Counted from the first letter of the stretch, positions 26,974 to 35,169 are shown. The stretch is DNA of 35,360 nucleotides from Thermoprotei archaeon (GCA_022759165.1 JAEMPT010000082.1:1-35360), one strand, 5' to 3'. The notes: generated by a model from the letters alone, not told the origin. Translations and numbers: made by a program.

Positions 26974-27608
26974 CTCGAAAATAGCTCCGGCTTATATTTA
27001 CCGAAAGCATATACTGCGAATCCCGTTATAACGCCCTCAACTAAGCCGAGCACCGCGTGCGAAATTCCCATAACGGGTATAGTGATATTTAGGCCATAGC
27101 CGAAAGTTGCCCTCGAAAGACCTAGTTCAAGTCCACACAGGAGCGCTGCTGAAACTATCCCGAGCCAGCCAGCCAAGCCTCCTGAAATCACCCTTCCTTT
27201 CTCTCCCTTGAATGCCCTTCTGAAGAGAAGATAGGAATAAAACGATACGAGAGAGGCTGTTATTGCCATGTTGAGCGTGTTTGCCCCGTAGGTTGTTATA
27301 CCTCCATCCCCGAAAAGAAGGGCCTGTATGAACAGAATTACGGATAGCCCTACTATACCAGCATCTGGACCAAATATTATTGCTAGCATTGGAGTTCCAA
27401 TAAGATGGCCGGTTGTACCTCCCGGTCCAAGTGGATAGTTAACCATTTGCAGGGCAAAAACTGTGGCGGTTAAGGCGCTGAATAGGGGGACCTCCATCTT
27501 TCCCATTTTCCTCTTCAGCCTGATGTAGGCAAAAGCGATAATAGGGAGCGAAATTGCGTAGCAAGTCAGCCAAACTTTATTGCTTAGGTAGCCGTCTGGA
27601 ATATGCAT
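26970..27608 (-). CDS. cbiM: Ni/Co ECF transporter substrate-capture component CbiM/NikM
   Basis: Family proteins begin MHIxDG because the N-terminal amine and His2 ligate the metal. The ORF track begins at GTG 27617 (MVLMHIPDGYLS), but ATG 27608 gives the canonical MHIPDGYLS N-terminus. Seven TM segments. Confidence 0.9.
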   Translation of the reverse strand: MHIPDGYLSNKVWLTCYAISLPIIAFAYIRLKRKMGKMEVPLFSALTATVFALQMVNYPLGPGGTTGHLIGTPMLAIIFGPDAGIVGLSVILFIQALLFGDGGITTYGANTLNMAITASLVSFYSYLLFRRAFKGEKGRVISGGLAGWLGIVSAALLCGLELGLSRATFGYGLNITIPVMGISHAVLGLVEGVITGFAVYAFGKYKPELFSR

Positions 27609-27779
27609 GAGGACCACGGTGTTACTTTTTTAAATTTTTTTCACACAAAGACGGTATTTAAGTCATCCGATCAACCTTAATGCTTATGCCTTTCAAAAAT
27701 TGGATTCTTAGGATAAAGGCAGCGGATATTTGCCTGTATCCCGCCATTAAAAGTTGATCTATCAACATAAATCGCATGA

Positions 27780-28097
27780 GCGGACACCGCTATAACCCGT
27801 CTTCTGTAGTTTCAGTGGCATTCGGCTAAGCGGATCAGCCCCGCCTCAGGCAGCTGTTCACAAGCGAGGCTCCTTGCTCCATGGGGGACGGCCGTTTCAT
27901 CGGTCACCTGGAGGTCGTCAGCCACCCGCAACGTTGCCGTCGCGCTTAGAAGCATCATTCACATCTCTCCAGGGCCGTACCGTTTCTGTTCCGTTGCCGG
28001 GGTCTCTCTCCCCGCCCCATTTAGGGCCCCACTGCTGCCAGGAGGACGGTGTTTCCTCAGGGGCTTAGCCCCCGTAAGCCACTAGCGGCGTCCGCCC
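27780..28097 (-). ncRNA. rnpB: RNase P RNA (archaeal type A-like)
   Basis: On the minus strand the element is 5'-GGGCGGACGCCGCUAGU...ACUACAGAAGACGGGUUAUAGCGGUGUCCGC-3'. The termini pair (GCGGACGCCGCUA with UAGCGGUGUCCGC, P1). CR-I-like GAGGAAACACCGUCC and CR-V-like ACAGAAGACGGGUUAU match the universal GAGGAAAGUCC / ACAGAAxxCGGCUUAU. They covary so that CCGUC can pair with GACGG (P4). About 318 nt, well above the local GC content. End coordinates are good to a few nt. Confidence 0.8.
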
Positions 28098-28102
28098 ATT
28101 AA

Positions 28103-29935
28103 CTATTTTTCATCGTCCTCGCTTATAACGGTTCCTTCAAGAGGTAGGTAGTAGTATTCCCCTATTCTCTTTTGCTCCCTGTCAATGAAGCTTCCAGGCT
28201 TGTTGATCCGCGGTCTTCCCGTTACAGGATCCCTTCTGAAGGTGACCTCAAGTTGTTTAAGGAACTTGTTCATGCCCTCTCTCAGCCCGAGCGGTGAGCC
28301 TGTTCTTCCAATTACCCCAGGTTCTCCTTCAAATACCATGATCCTCGAGCATATATAATCTACGATAGAAAGGTCATGCTCCACCAAAAAAGCCGCAATA
28401 CCCCTTGCTTCAGTTAGCCTCTTTATCGTTTTTGAAACGGCTAACCTCTCTTCGACGTCCAGGTATGCGCTGGGCTCGTCCAACAGATATATTTGGGCCT
28501 CCTTTGCGAGGGCAACGGCTACAGCGAGCTTTTGTAGCTCTCCACCGCTCAAGCCTGATACTTCCCTGTCCCGCAATCTATAAAGACCGAACGGCTTAAT
28601 TATATCCTCGAATATCCAGCTTCCAGGTGTTAAAGCAGAAGGATTTGCGCTTGCTAGGTTCTCAGCGACTGTTGGCTTCTCGAATATTTCTGGGCTTATA
28701 TATTGTGGTTTGTAGCTGAATTTGACTAGGGCATTTTCGTTTTCTCTCCCTTCCTCAAGCAATTTCGCTATCCTGCTGACGAAGGTTGTTTTCCCTATTC
28801 CATTAGCACCAAGAATACCGATGACCTCCCCCCTTCTTATATCCCCACCGCTTGCCTCCAATTTGAATCTTTTTAAGTCAACTACGAACGGTTCCCACTT
28901 CAAGTATATTTCCGTGGTCGCTCCGACCTTGGCTGGTAGCTCAGAAACGTGGAATCGTATAGCCTCTTTTCTCAGTCTCATATTCTCCGCAGGAAGATAT
29001 CCTAAGAGAAAGTTGTTTATTCCTGCTCTGGAGCCGTAAACTTTAGATACGATTCCATATACGCCTGGCTCACCGTACATTATAACGAGCGAGTCAGAGA
29101 TATAATCTAGAACCGCAAGATCATGCTCCACCACAAATGCGTAGGAGGAGCTAGGCAAATATTCCCTCAGCATCCTTGCCACTTTTATACGTTCCTTTAC
29201 ATCTAAAAAGCTGCTCGGCTCATCGAATATGTATGAATCGGCCTCTTTTGAAAGTACAGCCGCTATGAGGAATTTCTGAAGCTCACCTCCGCTGATTTTG
29301 CTTATCTCGCTTTCCAAGATATTACTCAGCCCGAGCTCCTTCGAGAGCTCCTTCCATATGCCCCTTTCGTCGGCCTTCTCGAGTAGCTCGCCAACCTTTC
29401 CTTTCAGCCTCCTCGGTACAACTTCTATATATTGAATTTTGTGCGCTACCTTGAGCTTGCCCTCATATAGCTTTGAGAAGTACTGCTGAAGCTCTGTGCC
29501 CCTCAACCTTTCCAGGACTTCCTTCTGGCTATATTGCCTTTCTACATCTCCGAAGTTGGGGATCACCTCGCCCGCCAATATCTTGATGCTCGTCGTCTTC
29601 CCAGTGCCATTTTTTCCCAGGATGCCAATTAGTTGCCCCTCTTTCGGAATAGGTACGCCGAAGAGCTTGAACCCGTTAGCTCCGTACCTATGAAATGTTC
29701 TCTTTTCTAGTTCATCGGGGACGTTTTCAATGCTAATCGCATTGAACGGGCACTTCTTTATGCATATCCCGCAACCGATGCAGGTGTCTTCATATATAAC
29801 TGGCTTCCCAGTTTCTCCGCTGAGCTCTATAGCCTTTACCCCCTTTCTCCCTCTGTTTACGGGGCAAAAACGTACGCATTCGGTGTTGCATCTGTCAGGT
29901 TTACAGAGCGTATAGTCTATAACAGCAACTCTCAT
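28103..29935 (-). CDS. abce1: ABCE1 / RNase L inhibitor-type ribosome recycling ATPase
   Basis: N-terminal 4Fe-4S domain (CKPDRCNTECVRFCP, CIGCGICIKKCPF). Two nucleotide-binding domains (GILGKNGTGKTT / LSGGELQK / IFDEPSSFLD, and GILGANGIGKTT / LSGGELQK / LLDEPSAYLD). GGTGAT SD-like element before the ATG. Confidence 0.95.
   Translation of the reverse strand: MRVAVIDYTLCKPDRCNTECVRFCPVNRGRKGVKAIELSGETGKPVIYEDTCIGCGICIKKCPFNAISIENVPDELEKRTFHRYGANGFKLFGVPIPKEGQLIGILGKNGTGKTTSIKILAGEVIPNFGDVERQYSQKEVLERLRGTELQQYFSKLYEGKLKVAHKIQYIEVVPRRLKGKVGELLEKADERGIWKELSKELGLSNILESEISKISGGELQKFLIAAVLSKEADSYIFDEPSSFLDVKERIKVARMLREYLPSSSYAFVVEHDLAVLDYISDSLVIMYGEPGVYGIVSKVYGSRAGINNFLLGYLPAENMRLRKEAIRFHVSELPAKVGATTEIYLKWEPFVVDLKRFKLEASGGDIRRGEVIGILGANGIGKTTFVSRIAKLLEEGRENENALVKFSYKPQYISPEIFEKPTVAENLASANPSALTPGSWIFEDIIKPFGLYRLRDREVSGLSGGELQKLAVAVALAKEAQIYLLDEPSAYLDVEERLAVSKTIKRLTEARGIAAFLVEHDLSIVDYICSRIMVFEGEPGVIGRTGSPLGLREGMNKFLKQLEVTFRRDPVTGRPRINKPGSFIDREQKRIGEYYYLPLEGTVISEDDEK
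28123..28128 (-). promoter_or_regulatory. Candidate TATA box (TTATAA) for RNase P RNA, inside the last codons of ABCE1
   Basis: TTATAA lies 25 nt upstream of the GGGCGG 5' end of the RNA. That is the spacing expected between an archaeal TATA box and its transcription start. It falls within the ABCE1 codons for ...VISEDDEK. Confidence 0.3.
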
Positions 29936-29952
29936 AGTTTATCACCGGGAGG

Positions 29953-30020
29953 CGGCTCAGTTCAATTCAATTTCCACATCTCCGGGATATTCGGTGCCGT
30001 CACCACTCATCATGGCCCTC
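29953..30020 (-). ncRNA. Candidate C/D box sRNA, or alternatively an 18-codon small ORF, in the Dim2-ABCE1 spacer
   Basis: On the minus strand: a perfect C box AUGAUGA (30013-30007), a 12-nt spacer, CCGA, an 11-nt loop, AUGUGGA, a 12-nt spacer, then D box CUGA (29960-29957). The core is 57 nt. The same 57 nt also read as ATG ATG AGT ... AAC TGA (MMSGDGTEYPGDVEIELN), preceded by GGGGAGGG. The two readings cannot be separated from sequence alone. Confidence 0.3.
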
Positions 30021-30024
30021 CCCA

Positions 30025-30579
30025 TTAACTCTTCCAAAGGTCGGTCATCTTCTTTCTCTTCATTCTCCTAGCTTCCCTTTCGAGGAACGAGTAAACCACC
30101 GCATGTGGCTTTCCTTCAATGAGCATCCTTATAGCCTCGCTCGCAACCTTGACCTGCTCGAAGTCTCCTATTATCCCAACTGCTTTATCACCTATTATCA
30201 CGTTGGTCCCTGTCGTCTCCTCGATTATCTTCCTCGTTCTCCCATCCTCTCCTATTATTCTTCCCTTTATCCTCTTCAAGTGGTTCTCTCCTTCTATAAT
30301 TGAGCCAAGGTCTATTACTTCGAGGACTTGGTCGTCCTCGAGAAGCCTTAAGGCTTGTTCAGGCGAGAAGCCTAGAGCGATTGCTCTTATTATATCTCTC
30401 GCCTTGAGGAGAGAGTAAGAAGCAACGCTCTCCGACGCTGGCTCTATAGTTACTGTGCCGGTGGAGCTGTCCACCGCAATAATTGTGCCGGTGGAAACCT
30501 CGATTCTCTCCTTGGTGCTTCCACCAGGCCCGATCAGAACACCGATTCTTTCTGGAGGCACGAGCTCAAATATCCTCAT
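30025..30579 (-). CDS. Two-KH-domain RNA-binding protein (archaeal Dim2/Pno1 homologue)
   Basis: KH GxxG loops in VLIGPGGSTKERIE and IIGEDGRTRKIIEETTG. The gene order aIF1A-Rio1-KH is conserved in archaea. ATG 30579 (MRIFELVPPE...) overlaps the Rio1 TGA as ATGA. The 30612 start would overlap Rio1 by 37 nt. Confidence 0.8.
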   Translation of the reverse strand: MRIFELVPPERIGVLIGPGGSTKERIEVSTGTIIAVDSSTGTVTIEPASESVASYSLLKARDIIRAIALGFSPEQALRLLEDDQVLEVIDLGSIIEGENHLKRIKGRIIGEDGRTRKIIEETTGTNVIIGDKAVGIIGDFEQVKVASEAIRMLIEGKPHAVVYSFLEREARRMKRKKMTDLWKS

Positions 30580-31391
30580 TGCCCCCGTCCTCTTTTCTCC
30601 TCCCTCAGGCATCTAAGCAACTCCTCCAGCAAGGTATCTCCGTAAACTTCTATGTTATATGTCCTGTTAAAGAACCTATCTATATTCGAGATGTCCTTTC
30701 TGAGGAATTCTTCTGAATTAGGGTGCGTTGTTAGCACCGACTGAGAGACGTCTATGAAGACTGGCTTTCCGCGGAACACCATTATGTTGTATTCACTGAG
30801 ATCAGCATGAACAAGACTTGCTCTGCATATCATCTTTCTGAGGCCTTCGGCTATCTCATCATAAATTGACCTGGGATCATCCAAGCTTTCCCCCACCTCT
30901 TTTAGGAGTGGGGCCCTAACTCCTTCTTCACCGATGAACTCCATGACCACTATGTTGTCTTTATAGCCTATGGGTTCTGGCACACTAACTCTGGCAGAAT
31001 ACATCCTCTTCAAATTAGAATATTCCTTCTTGGCCCATAAGCTCATAAGCTTCTTAGTGGTAGTAGCCTTCGCGTTCTCGAATCTTTCGTCTCCCATAAC
31101 ATATTTGTATATTCCTTTCTTGAATTCCGCGGAAAATGTAAGATAAATTTTTATTGCCAGCTCTCTCCCGCTTTCATTTATACCTCTGTAAATCCTGGCC
31201 TCCTTCCCTGAACTAACGACGCCTCCGATCCTCTTAATGCCTAGTCTTCGAGCCAGCTCATATAATGAACGCACGGTAAACGAATCGAAGACTTCCTCGA
31301 CGGTTTTAAGGAGATCGTAGTCTTTTTCTCTTTCTTCCTCTTTTTCCGTCAACTTCTTATTGAGCTTTCTCTCTAGCTCGTCCTCTCCCAA
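30576..31391 (-). CDS. rio1: RIO-type serine/threonine protein kinase (Rio1-like)
   Basis: N-terminal RIO winged-helix region. ATP-binding Lys in ELAIKIY. Catalytic loop LVHADLSEYNIMV. Metal-binding FIDVSQSV. Confidence 0.9.
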   Translation of the reverse strand: MGEDELERKLNKKLTEKEEEREKDYDLLKTVEEVFDSFTVRSLYELARRLGIKRIGGVVSSGKEARIYRGINESGRELAIKIYLTFSAEFKKGIYKYVMGDERFENAKATTTKKLMSLWAKKEYSNLKRMYSARVSVPEPIGYKDNIVVMEFIGEEGVRAPLLKEVGESLDDPRSIYDEIAEGLRKMICRASLVHADLSEYNIMVFRGKPVFIDVSQSVLTTHPNSEEFLRKDISNIDRFFNRTYNIEVYGDTLLEELLRCLREEKRGRGQ

Positions 31392-31395
31392 TTAC

Positions 31396-31731
31396 TCAGA
31401 CACCCTCTAGAAGATCGGGGGGGACTAAATTCTTCTGTGCCAGCTTCCTCACTTCGCTGCTGGAGTACTTGTATATTAGATCTCCCTTCTTATCGGCCTC
31501 CATCTCCCAAGGGGCTACGAGGACTACGTCACCCTCTCTTATCCACATCCTCCTCCGAAGCCTACCGGGAATCCTAGTCATCCTCCTAACTCCGTCGGCG
31601 CATTTAGCAACGAAGTGATCCCCGCCTAGAATCTTTTCTACAACGCATACTACCATCCCTTCCCCTGGTAGCGGCATCTCTCCGCTTTGCCCTTCCTCTT
31701 TTCTCACCATCAAATCACTCTCTTCGAACAT
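31396..31731 (-). CDS. eif1a: Translation initiation factor aIF1A
   Basis: S1-like OB fold: GMVVCVVEKILGGDHFVAKCADGVRRMTRIPGRLRRRMWIREGDVVLVAPWE. The expected ~110 aa. The stop lies 4 nt before the Rio1 start. Confidence 0.9.
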   Translation of the reverse strand: MFEESDLMVRKEEGQSGEMPLPGEGMVVCVVEKILGGDHFVAKCADGVRRMTRIPGRLRRRMWIREGDVVLVAPWEMEADKKGDLIYKYSSSEVRKLAQKNLVPPDLLEGV

Positions 31732-31846
31732 ATATCGCTCTAAATTATCAGACTATATTCGTTTACGCCTGATTATAAAGATTTAGAAAGAAAAGAGCTC
31801 TCGCGTTTCTTAAATGAAGGTGAAACGTTGCAAAGATTTGCTCTAT

Positions 31847-32869
31847 TCAAAGAACCATTTCCCGCTTTATGAGAAAACGCCCGTTTTCGCTCTCCACAAG
31901 CAAATATTTTCCCATATCGGTTCCTCCAAATACGGAGGAAATCGGAACTTCCTCAGTTGAAAAATCCTCCAACAATACGATGACTTTGTCTGGAAGGACA
32001 GCCTGTAGAGTCGCCTCATGAGCTTCACCGGAGAAAGGCTTTAGCGCATTAGGTTCGATCTTGCTGAGCTTAATCTCCCTTCTGCTGGGCAGAAGAATAA
32101 CCTTGGCCGGCTCACCGCTTCTTCTCACGACCAGCGCCGGTTCACCATTGAGCTCTACAAGCTCTCCTCCTTTCTTTGAGTAAAGCCTAAGTGATATTGA
32201 AAGTCTCGTCCTCTTCTCTCCTCCCTTCTCAGAGATGAGCTTGTACGTGGTCTTGACCTCTCCGCCGAGCTTATCAGCAATAGCAGAGGCTATTATCTTA
32301 GCACTGGCCTTATCCATCAAGTTTATGTCGAAGCCTTCTTTGAGCTCATCAATGCTCACGACCGAGCTTCTCACATCGTAGGAAAAAGATGATATTATCT
32401 TCATGACTTCATCGAAGGTCCTTTTATCCACAGAGCCGGAGTTGCTCCTTATCTGAATCTTAGCCTCATATGAGCCTGATCTTCTGTACAAGCATGTGGG
32501 ACAAATAGTTTTTTCCTCCTCTATGATAACTTCTATAGGCATAGAGTAGCTGCCTTCATTTCCGAAGAGCTGTGCCTTAAACTTATCTCCGCGCCAATTG
32601 ACCATAGCCTCAAAGCCATAAGGACCGAACCTCTTCTTGAGAGCTTTTTCGGCCTCTTTCGCCGCTAAAGCTTCAACCCTTTCGGAAGGATCAGGCTCCC
32701 ACCTTCCTTTGAGAAATACAGCCCCGCAGACCTTACACCTCTTTATCTTCAGCCTTACTGGCTCAATTGGTTTCTTCGCTAAGTAGCACTCTATACATAT
32801 ACCCTCTATGAATGGAAGCGATGGGGTCTTTTCCCTATTGCATATGGGGCATTTGGTCACAATGCTCAT
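31847..32869 (-). CDS. nmd3: NMD3-family protein (large-subunit biogenesis factor homologue)
   Basis: N-terminal Cys clusters CPICNRE...CIECY, CKVCG and CPTCLYRRSG, followed by the NMD3 body. Family members begin just before the first CxxC, so ATG 32869 (MSIVTKCPICN) is preferred over the ORF track start at 32956. Confidence 0.8.
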   Translation of the reverse strand: MSIVTKCPICNREKTPSLPFIEGICIECYLAKKPIEPVRLKIKRCKVCGAVFLKGRWEPDPSERVEALAAKEAEKALKKRFGPYGFEAMVNWRGDKFKAQLFGNEGSYSMPIEVIIEEEKTICPTCLYRRSGSYEAKIQIRSNSGSVDKRTFDEVMKIISSFSYDVRSSVVSIDELKEGFDINLMDKASAKIIASAIADKLGGEVKTTYKLISEKGGEKRTRLSISLRLYSKKGGELVELNGEPALVVRRSGEPAKVILLPSRREIKLSKIEPNALKPFSGEAHEATLQAVLPDKVIVLLEDFSTEEVPISSVFGGTDMGKYLLVESENGRFLIKREMVL

Positions 32870-32959
32870 CCTCCCAGTGTTCTGTAAAGAGTTTGAACGT
32901 AGGAGCGGGAGTTTTGCTTGTAGCTGCAGTCCCTCATGTAGTGAAGAGTTCAGCATCAG

Positions 32960-33286
32960 TTAGACACGAGTATTAACAAAGATAGCATATGGAATCCCTG
33001 AAATTTTCATCACAGCCTCCGGGTGAATCATTCCCTCTTTAATTCCTAGGCTAACTGAACGTTCTCCGATGAGAGATATGTAGTCAGCCTCCCTGATGCT
33101 CATCGCAGCATCTTCCTCATCGACGAGTTCTCCCTTGTAATATTCTTCCTTTATATCCAGGATTCCTTTATCTTGAGTGAATTTCTTCCCGATAAGCTCT
33201 GCATCGCATAGCAAAACTGTCTTGAGGTTCCCCGCCTCTATCACTCTAAGGGAAAGGGTCCCGGACATTATGAAGCTTCCTCTCAT
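32960..33286 (-). CDS. Small conserved archaeal protein, DUF424-like
   Basis: 108 aa. The pattern VLLCDAELIGKKF...KEEYYKGELVDEED...ISLIGERSV...GIPYAIF resembles the DUF424 family as I remember it. Its ATG overlaps the aIF2-beta stop (TAATG). Confidence 0.5.
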   Translation of the reverse strand: MRGSFIMSGTLSLRVIEAGNLKTVLLCDAELIGKKFTQDKGILDIKEEYYKGELVDEEDAAMSIREADYISLIGERSVSLGIKEGMIHPEAVMKISGIPYAIFVNTRV

Positions 33287-33732
33287 TAGAAGGGCTTGAC
33301 CGGTTGCTCAGCACCACAAGCATCGCACTTGAGAATCCATGTCTTTCCTTTTTTGATTATCCTAGTGTCAGGCCTACCGCATGTGGGACATATGAGGTAA
33401 TTTACCACGAACCTTTCGAGTATCTGGGAAAGGGTGGATGAACTTATCTTAGTGCCTATCGTTAGTATACCGCTATGAGAGTCATAATTTCCAGCGGTTG
33501 CGAGCTCCCTGAGGAGATACCTTTGGAGCATCTCTGGGTCTCTGCGGAGCAAATCAGCGACTTCTCTGAAGTTCCTCACCACAGTCTGATTACCGACATA
33601 GTGCAGTTGGAACTTGGGTAGCTCAAACCTTTCTCCACTGCTCGCCGGCTTAGGGACCTTTTGATAGAGCCTCTGGAGCAGAGCCTCGTAGTCATAGAAT
33701 AGCTTCTCATCTTCCTCCAAACTTAGCACCAC
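33286..33732 (-). CDS. eif2b: Translation initiation factor aIF2 beta subunit
   Basis: YDYEALLQRLYQKVP N-terminus, a central helix-turn-helix core, and a C-terminal zinc ribbon CPTCGRPDTRIIKKGKTWILKCDACGA. GTG start, with the exact start uncertain. Confidence 0.9.
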   Translation of the reverse strand: MVLSLEEDEKLFYDYEALLQRLYQKVPKPASSGERFELPKFQLHYVGNQTVVRNFREVADLLRRDPEMLQRYLLRELATAGNYDSHSGILTIGTKISSSTLSQILERFVVNYLICPTCGRPDTRIIKKGKTWILKCDACGAEQPVKPF

Positions 33733-34783
33733 CTTCTCTGAAGGACCTGAGAGCCAGCTCTCTGGCCCTCTCCTTCAAATCCTTTAACAGGGTATCCAGT
33801 CCAATATTCTCTGCCGCGCTTATAAAATAAACGTCTCCTATTCCAGGTATCTGCTCGACCTTTTTTCTAACAGCATCGAGTTCTTCCTTGCTTAGAGAAT
33901 CTATCTTGTTAACGGCAACCTTTATCTCTGGTACTTCCCCCCTTAGCTTCAAGAGCATCTCTATCTGCTGTTCCAAGGGAACTGAGGCTGAGGTGGTAGG
34001 ATCTATTAAGAACAAAAGAATTCCCATTGCCATACGAAGCACGGCCACGGCTCGTCTCTCAGGCAGACTCATCTCTTGAAAGCTCCTTGGAAAAATGCCT
34101 GGTGTATCAAGCACAGCGACGTCCAGAAATTCCTCGGACAAAAGCCTCCCAGGTACAGCACGCTTAGTAGTGAAGGGATATTCTGCTACCTCCACCTTAG
34201 CGTTGGATATTCTGGAGGCTAGCGTGCTCTTTCCCGAATTTGGTACACCGGCTATAACTACAGAGATCTTCCCCTTCAGGTCCGGAAAAAGCATGGCCTC
34301 CTTCTTTATTTCAAGCGCCTCTGCCAAAAGGGCCTTATTTCTCTTAGCTACTGAGAGAAGCCTTGATGAAGCCCCTAGGGATTTTTTCCTAAGATCTCTC
34401 CTGCCGGATGATAGAAGCTCGCTTTTAAGGGATATGTAGAGCTGCTTCAGCTTTCCCTTCAGTCTCGCTGCATTTTCGAGCTTTTCAATTGCATCCTCTC
34501 CAAGGACGAGTGATACGTAAGCCCTGAGGTCGTCCCTCCGATTTATTATTTTGTAAAGCTTATCGTAAGCCTCGAGTTTTTCATAGATTAAATTATAAGC
34601 GGTGTTCAATATTTCAAGCGCGTCCGCCACATCGTCCTTTTCTTCTGCCCGTTTCTGCTTTTCTACAAGCTTGCCTATCCTTTTGTAGACCTTTTCGTAG
34701 ATCTCCTCGTACGAAGAAAGATGTATCCTCCTGAGCTCAACATCGGAAGGCAATTTTCCGCTGCTCTTCTTTTCCGAGATCAC
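33707..34783 (-). CDS. NOG1-like GTP-binding protein (COG1084-type, ribosome biogenesis)
   Basis: Helical N-terminal NOG1-type domain, then G1 GVPNSGKST, G3 DTPGI and G4 NKID. GTG start overlaps the upstream stop (GTGA). The 3' end overlaps aIF2-beta by 26 nt if GTG 33732 is used. Confidence 0.8.
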   Translation of the reverse strand: MISEKKSSGKLPSDVELRRIHLSSYEEIYEKVYKRIGKLVEKQKRAEEKDDVADALEILNTAYNLIYEKLEAYDKLYKIINRRDDLRAYVSLVLGEDAIEKLENAARLKGKLKQLYISLKSELLSSGRRDLRKKSLGASSRLLSVAKRNKALLAEALEIKKEAMLFPDLKGKISVVIAGVPNSGKSTLASRISNAKVEVAEYPFTTKRAVPGRLLSEEFLDVAVLDTPGIFPRSFQEMSLPERRAVAVLRMAMGILLFLIDPTTSASVPLEQQIEMLLKLRGEVPEIKVAVNKIDSLSKEELDAVRKKVEQIPGIGDVYFISAAENIGLDTLLKDLKERARELALRSFREGGAKFGGR

Positions 34784-35169
34784 TTCTTCTTACCTTCCTG
34801 CTCGCCTTTCACGTCGGTCTTGAGAACCTTCATGGAATCCTTATCTATTGTTACTGTCACGCTTGGGTGATCCCTATCTAACTCTTTAACATAGTACCTC
34901 ACGAGGACCTTCTTTCCTTCCCTGTCCTCCCCAACGTCTATCTTTGGCCGCCTATGCGACTGCGTGAACTTAACTACTTCGGGCAAGTTCAGAGTGAGCT
35001 TAACGTATTTTGCGTAAAGGTTCAAGGCCTTGGTCTGTTGCCTATAGTTTATTACAGCATAAGCTACGGTGAATACAGACATTATAGCCATGGCATATGC
35101 CATATAGAGCATCGCAGTATATCCGTCCAAAATTCCATACCCCTGTTTTAATAGATTAAAATTCAGCAA
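34780..35169 (-). CDS. Small membrane-anchored protein of unknown function
   Basis: 129-aa ORF with one N-terminal hydrophobic helix (YTAMLYMAYAMAIMSVFTVAYAVINY) and a charged, Lys-rich soluble part. It is coupled to the GTPase gene by a GTGA overlap. I recognise no motif. Confidence 0.4.
   Translation of the reverse strand: MLNFNLLKQGYGILDGYTAMLYMAYAMAIMSVFTVAYAVINYRQQTKALNLYAKYVKLTLNLPEVVKFTQSHRRPKIDVGEDREGKKVLVRYYVKELDRDHPSVTVTIDKDSMKVLKTDVKGEQEGKKK

Noticed and set aside
27609-27780. NikR operator in the nikM leader
   Set aside because: Only short inverted repeats were found: GGATA-N8-TATCC, AGGCA-N9-TGCCT and GTTGAT-CT-ATCAAC. None resembles the long dyad of known NikR boxes, and several lie nearer the RNase P RNA 3' end than the nikM promoter.
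27874-28068. 64-aa plus-strand ORF in the GC-rich spacer between nikM and ABCE1
   Set aside because: It lies wholly inside the RNase P RNA on the opposite strand. Its Pro/Gly/Arg/Ser-rich translation is typical of reading through GC-rich structured RNA, and it has no start context.
27780-28097. Possible SRP (7S) RNA or tRNA cluster as the identity of the GC-rich element
   Set aside because: The GAGGAAA...CCGUC and ACAGAAGACGGGUUAU pair (P4 / CR-I, CR-V) and the closing P1 helix fit RNase P RNA. No SRP domain IV-like motif or tRNA cloverleaf was evident.
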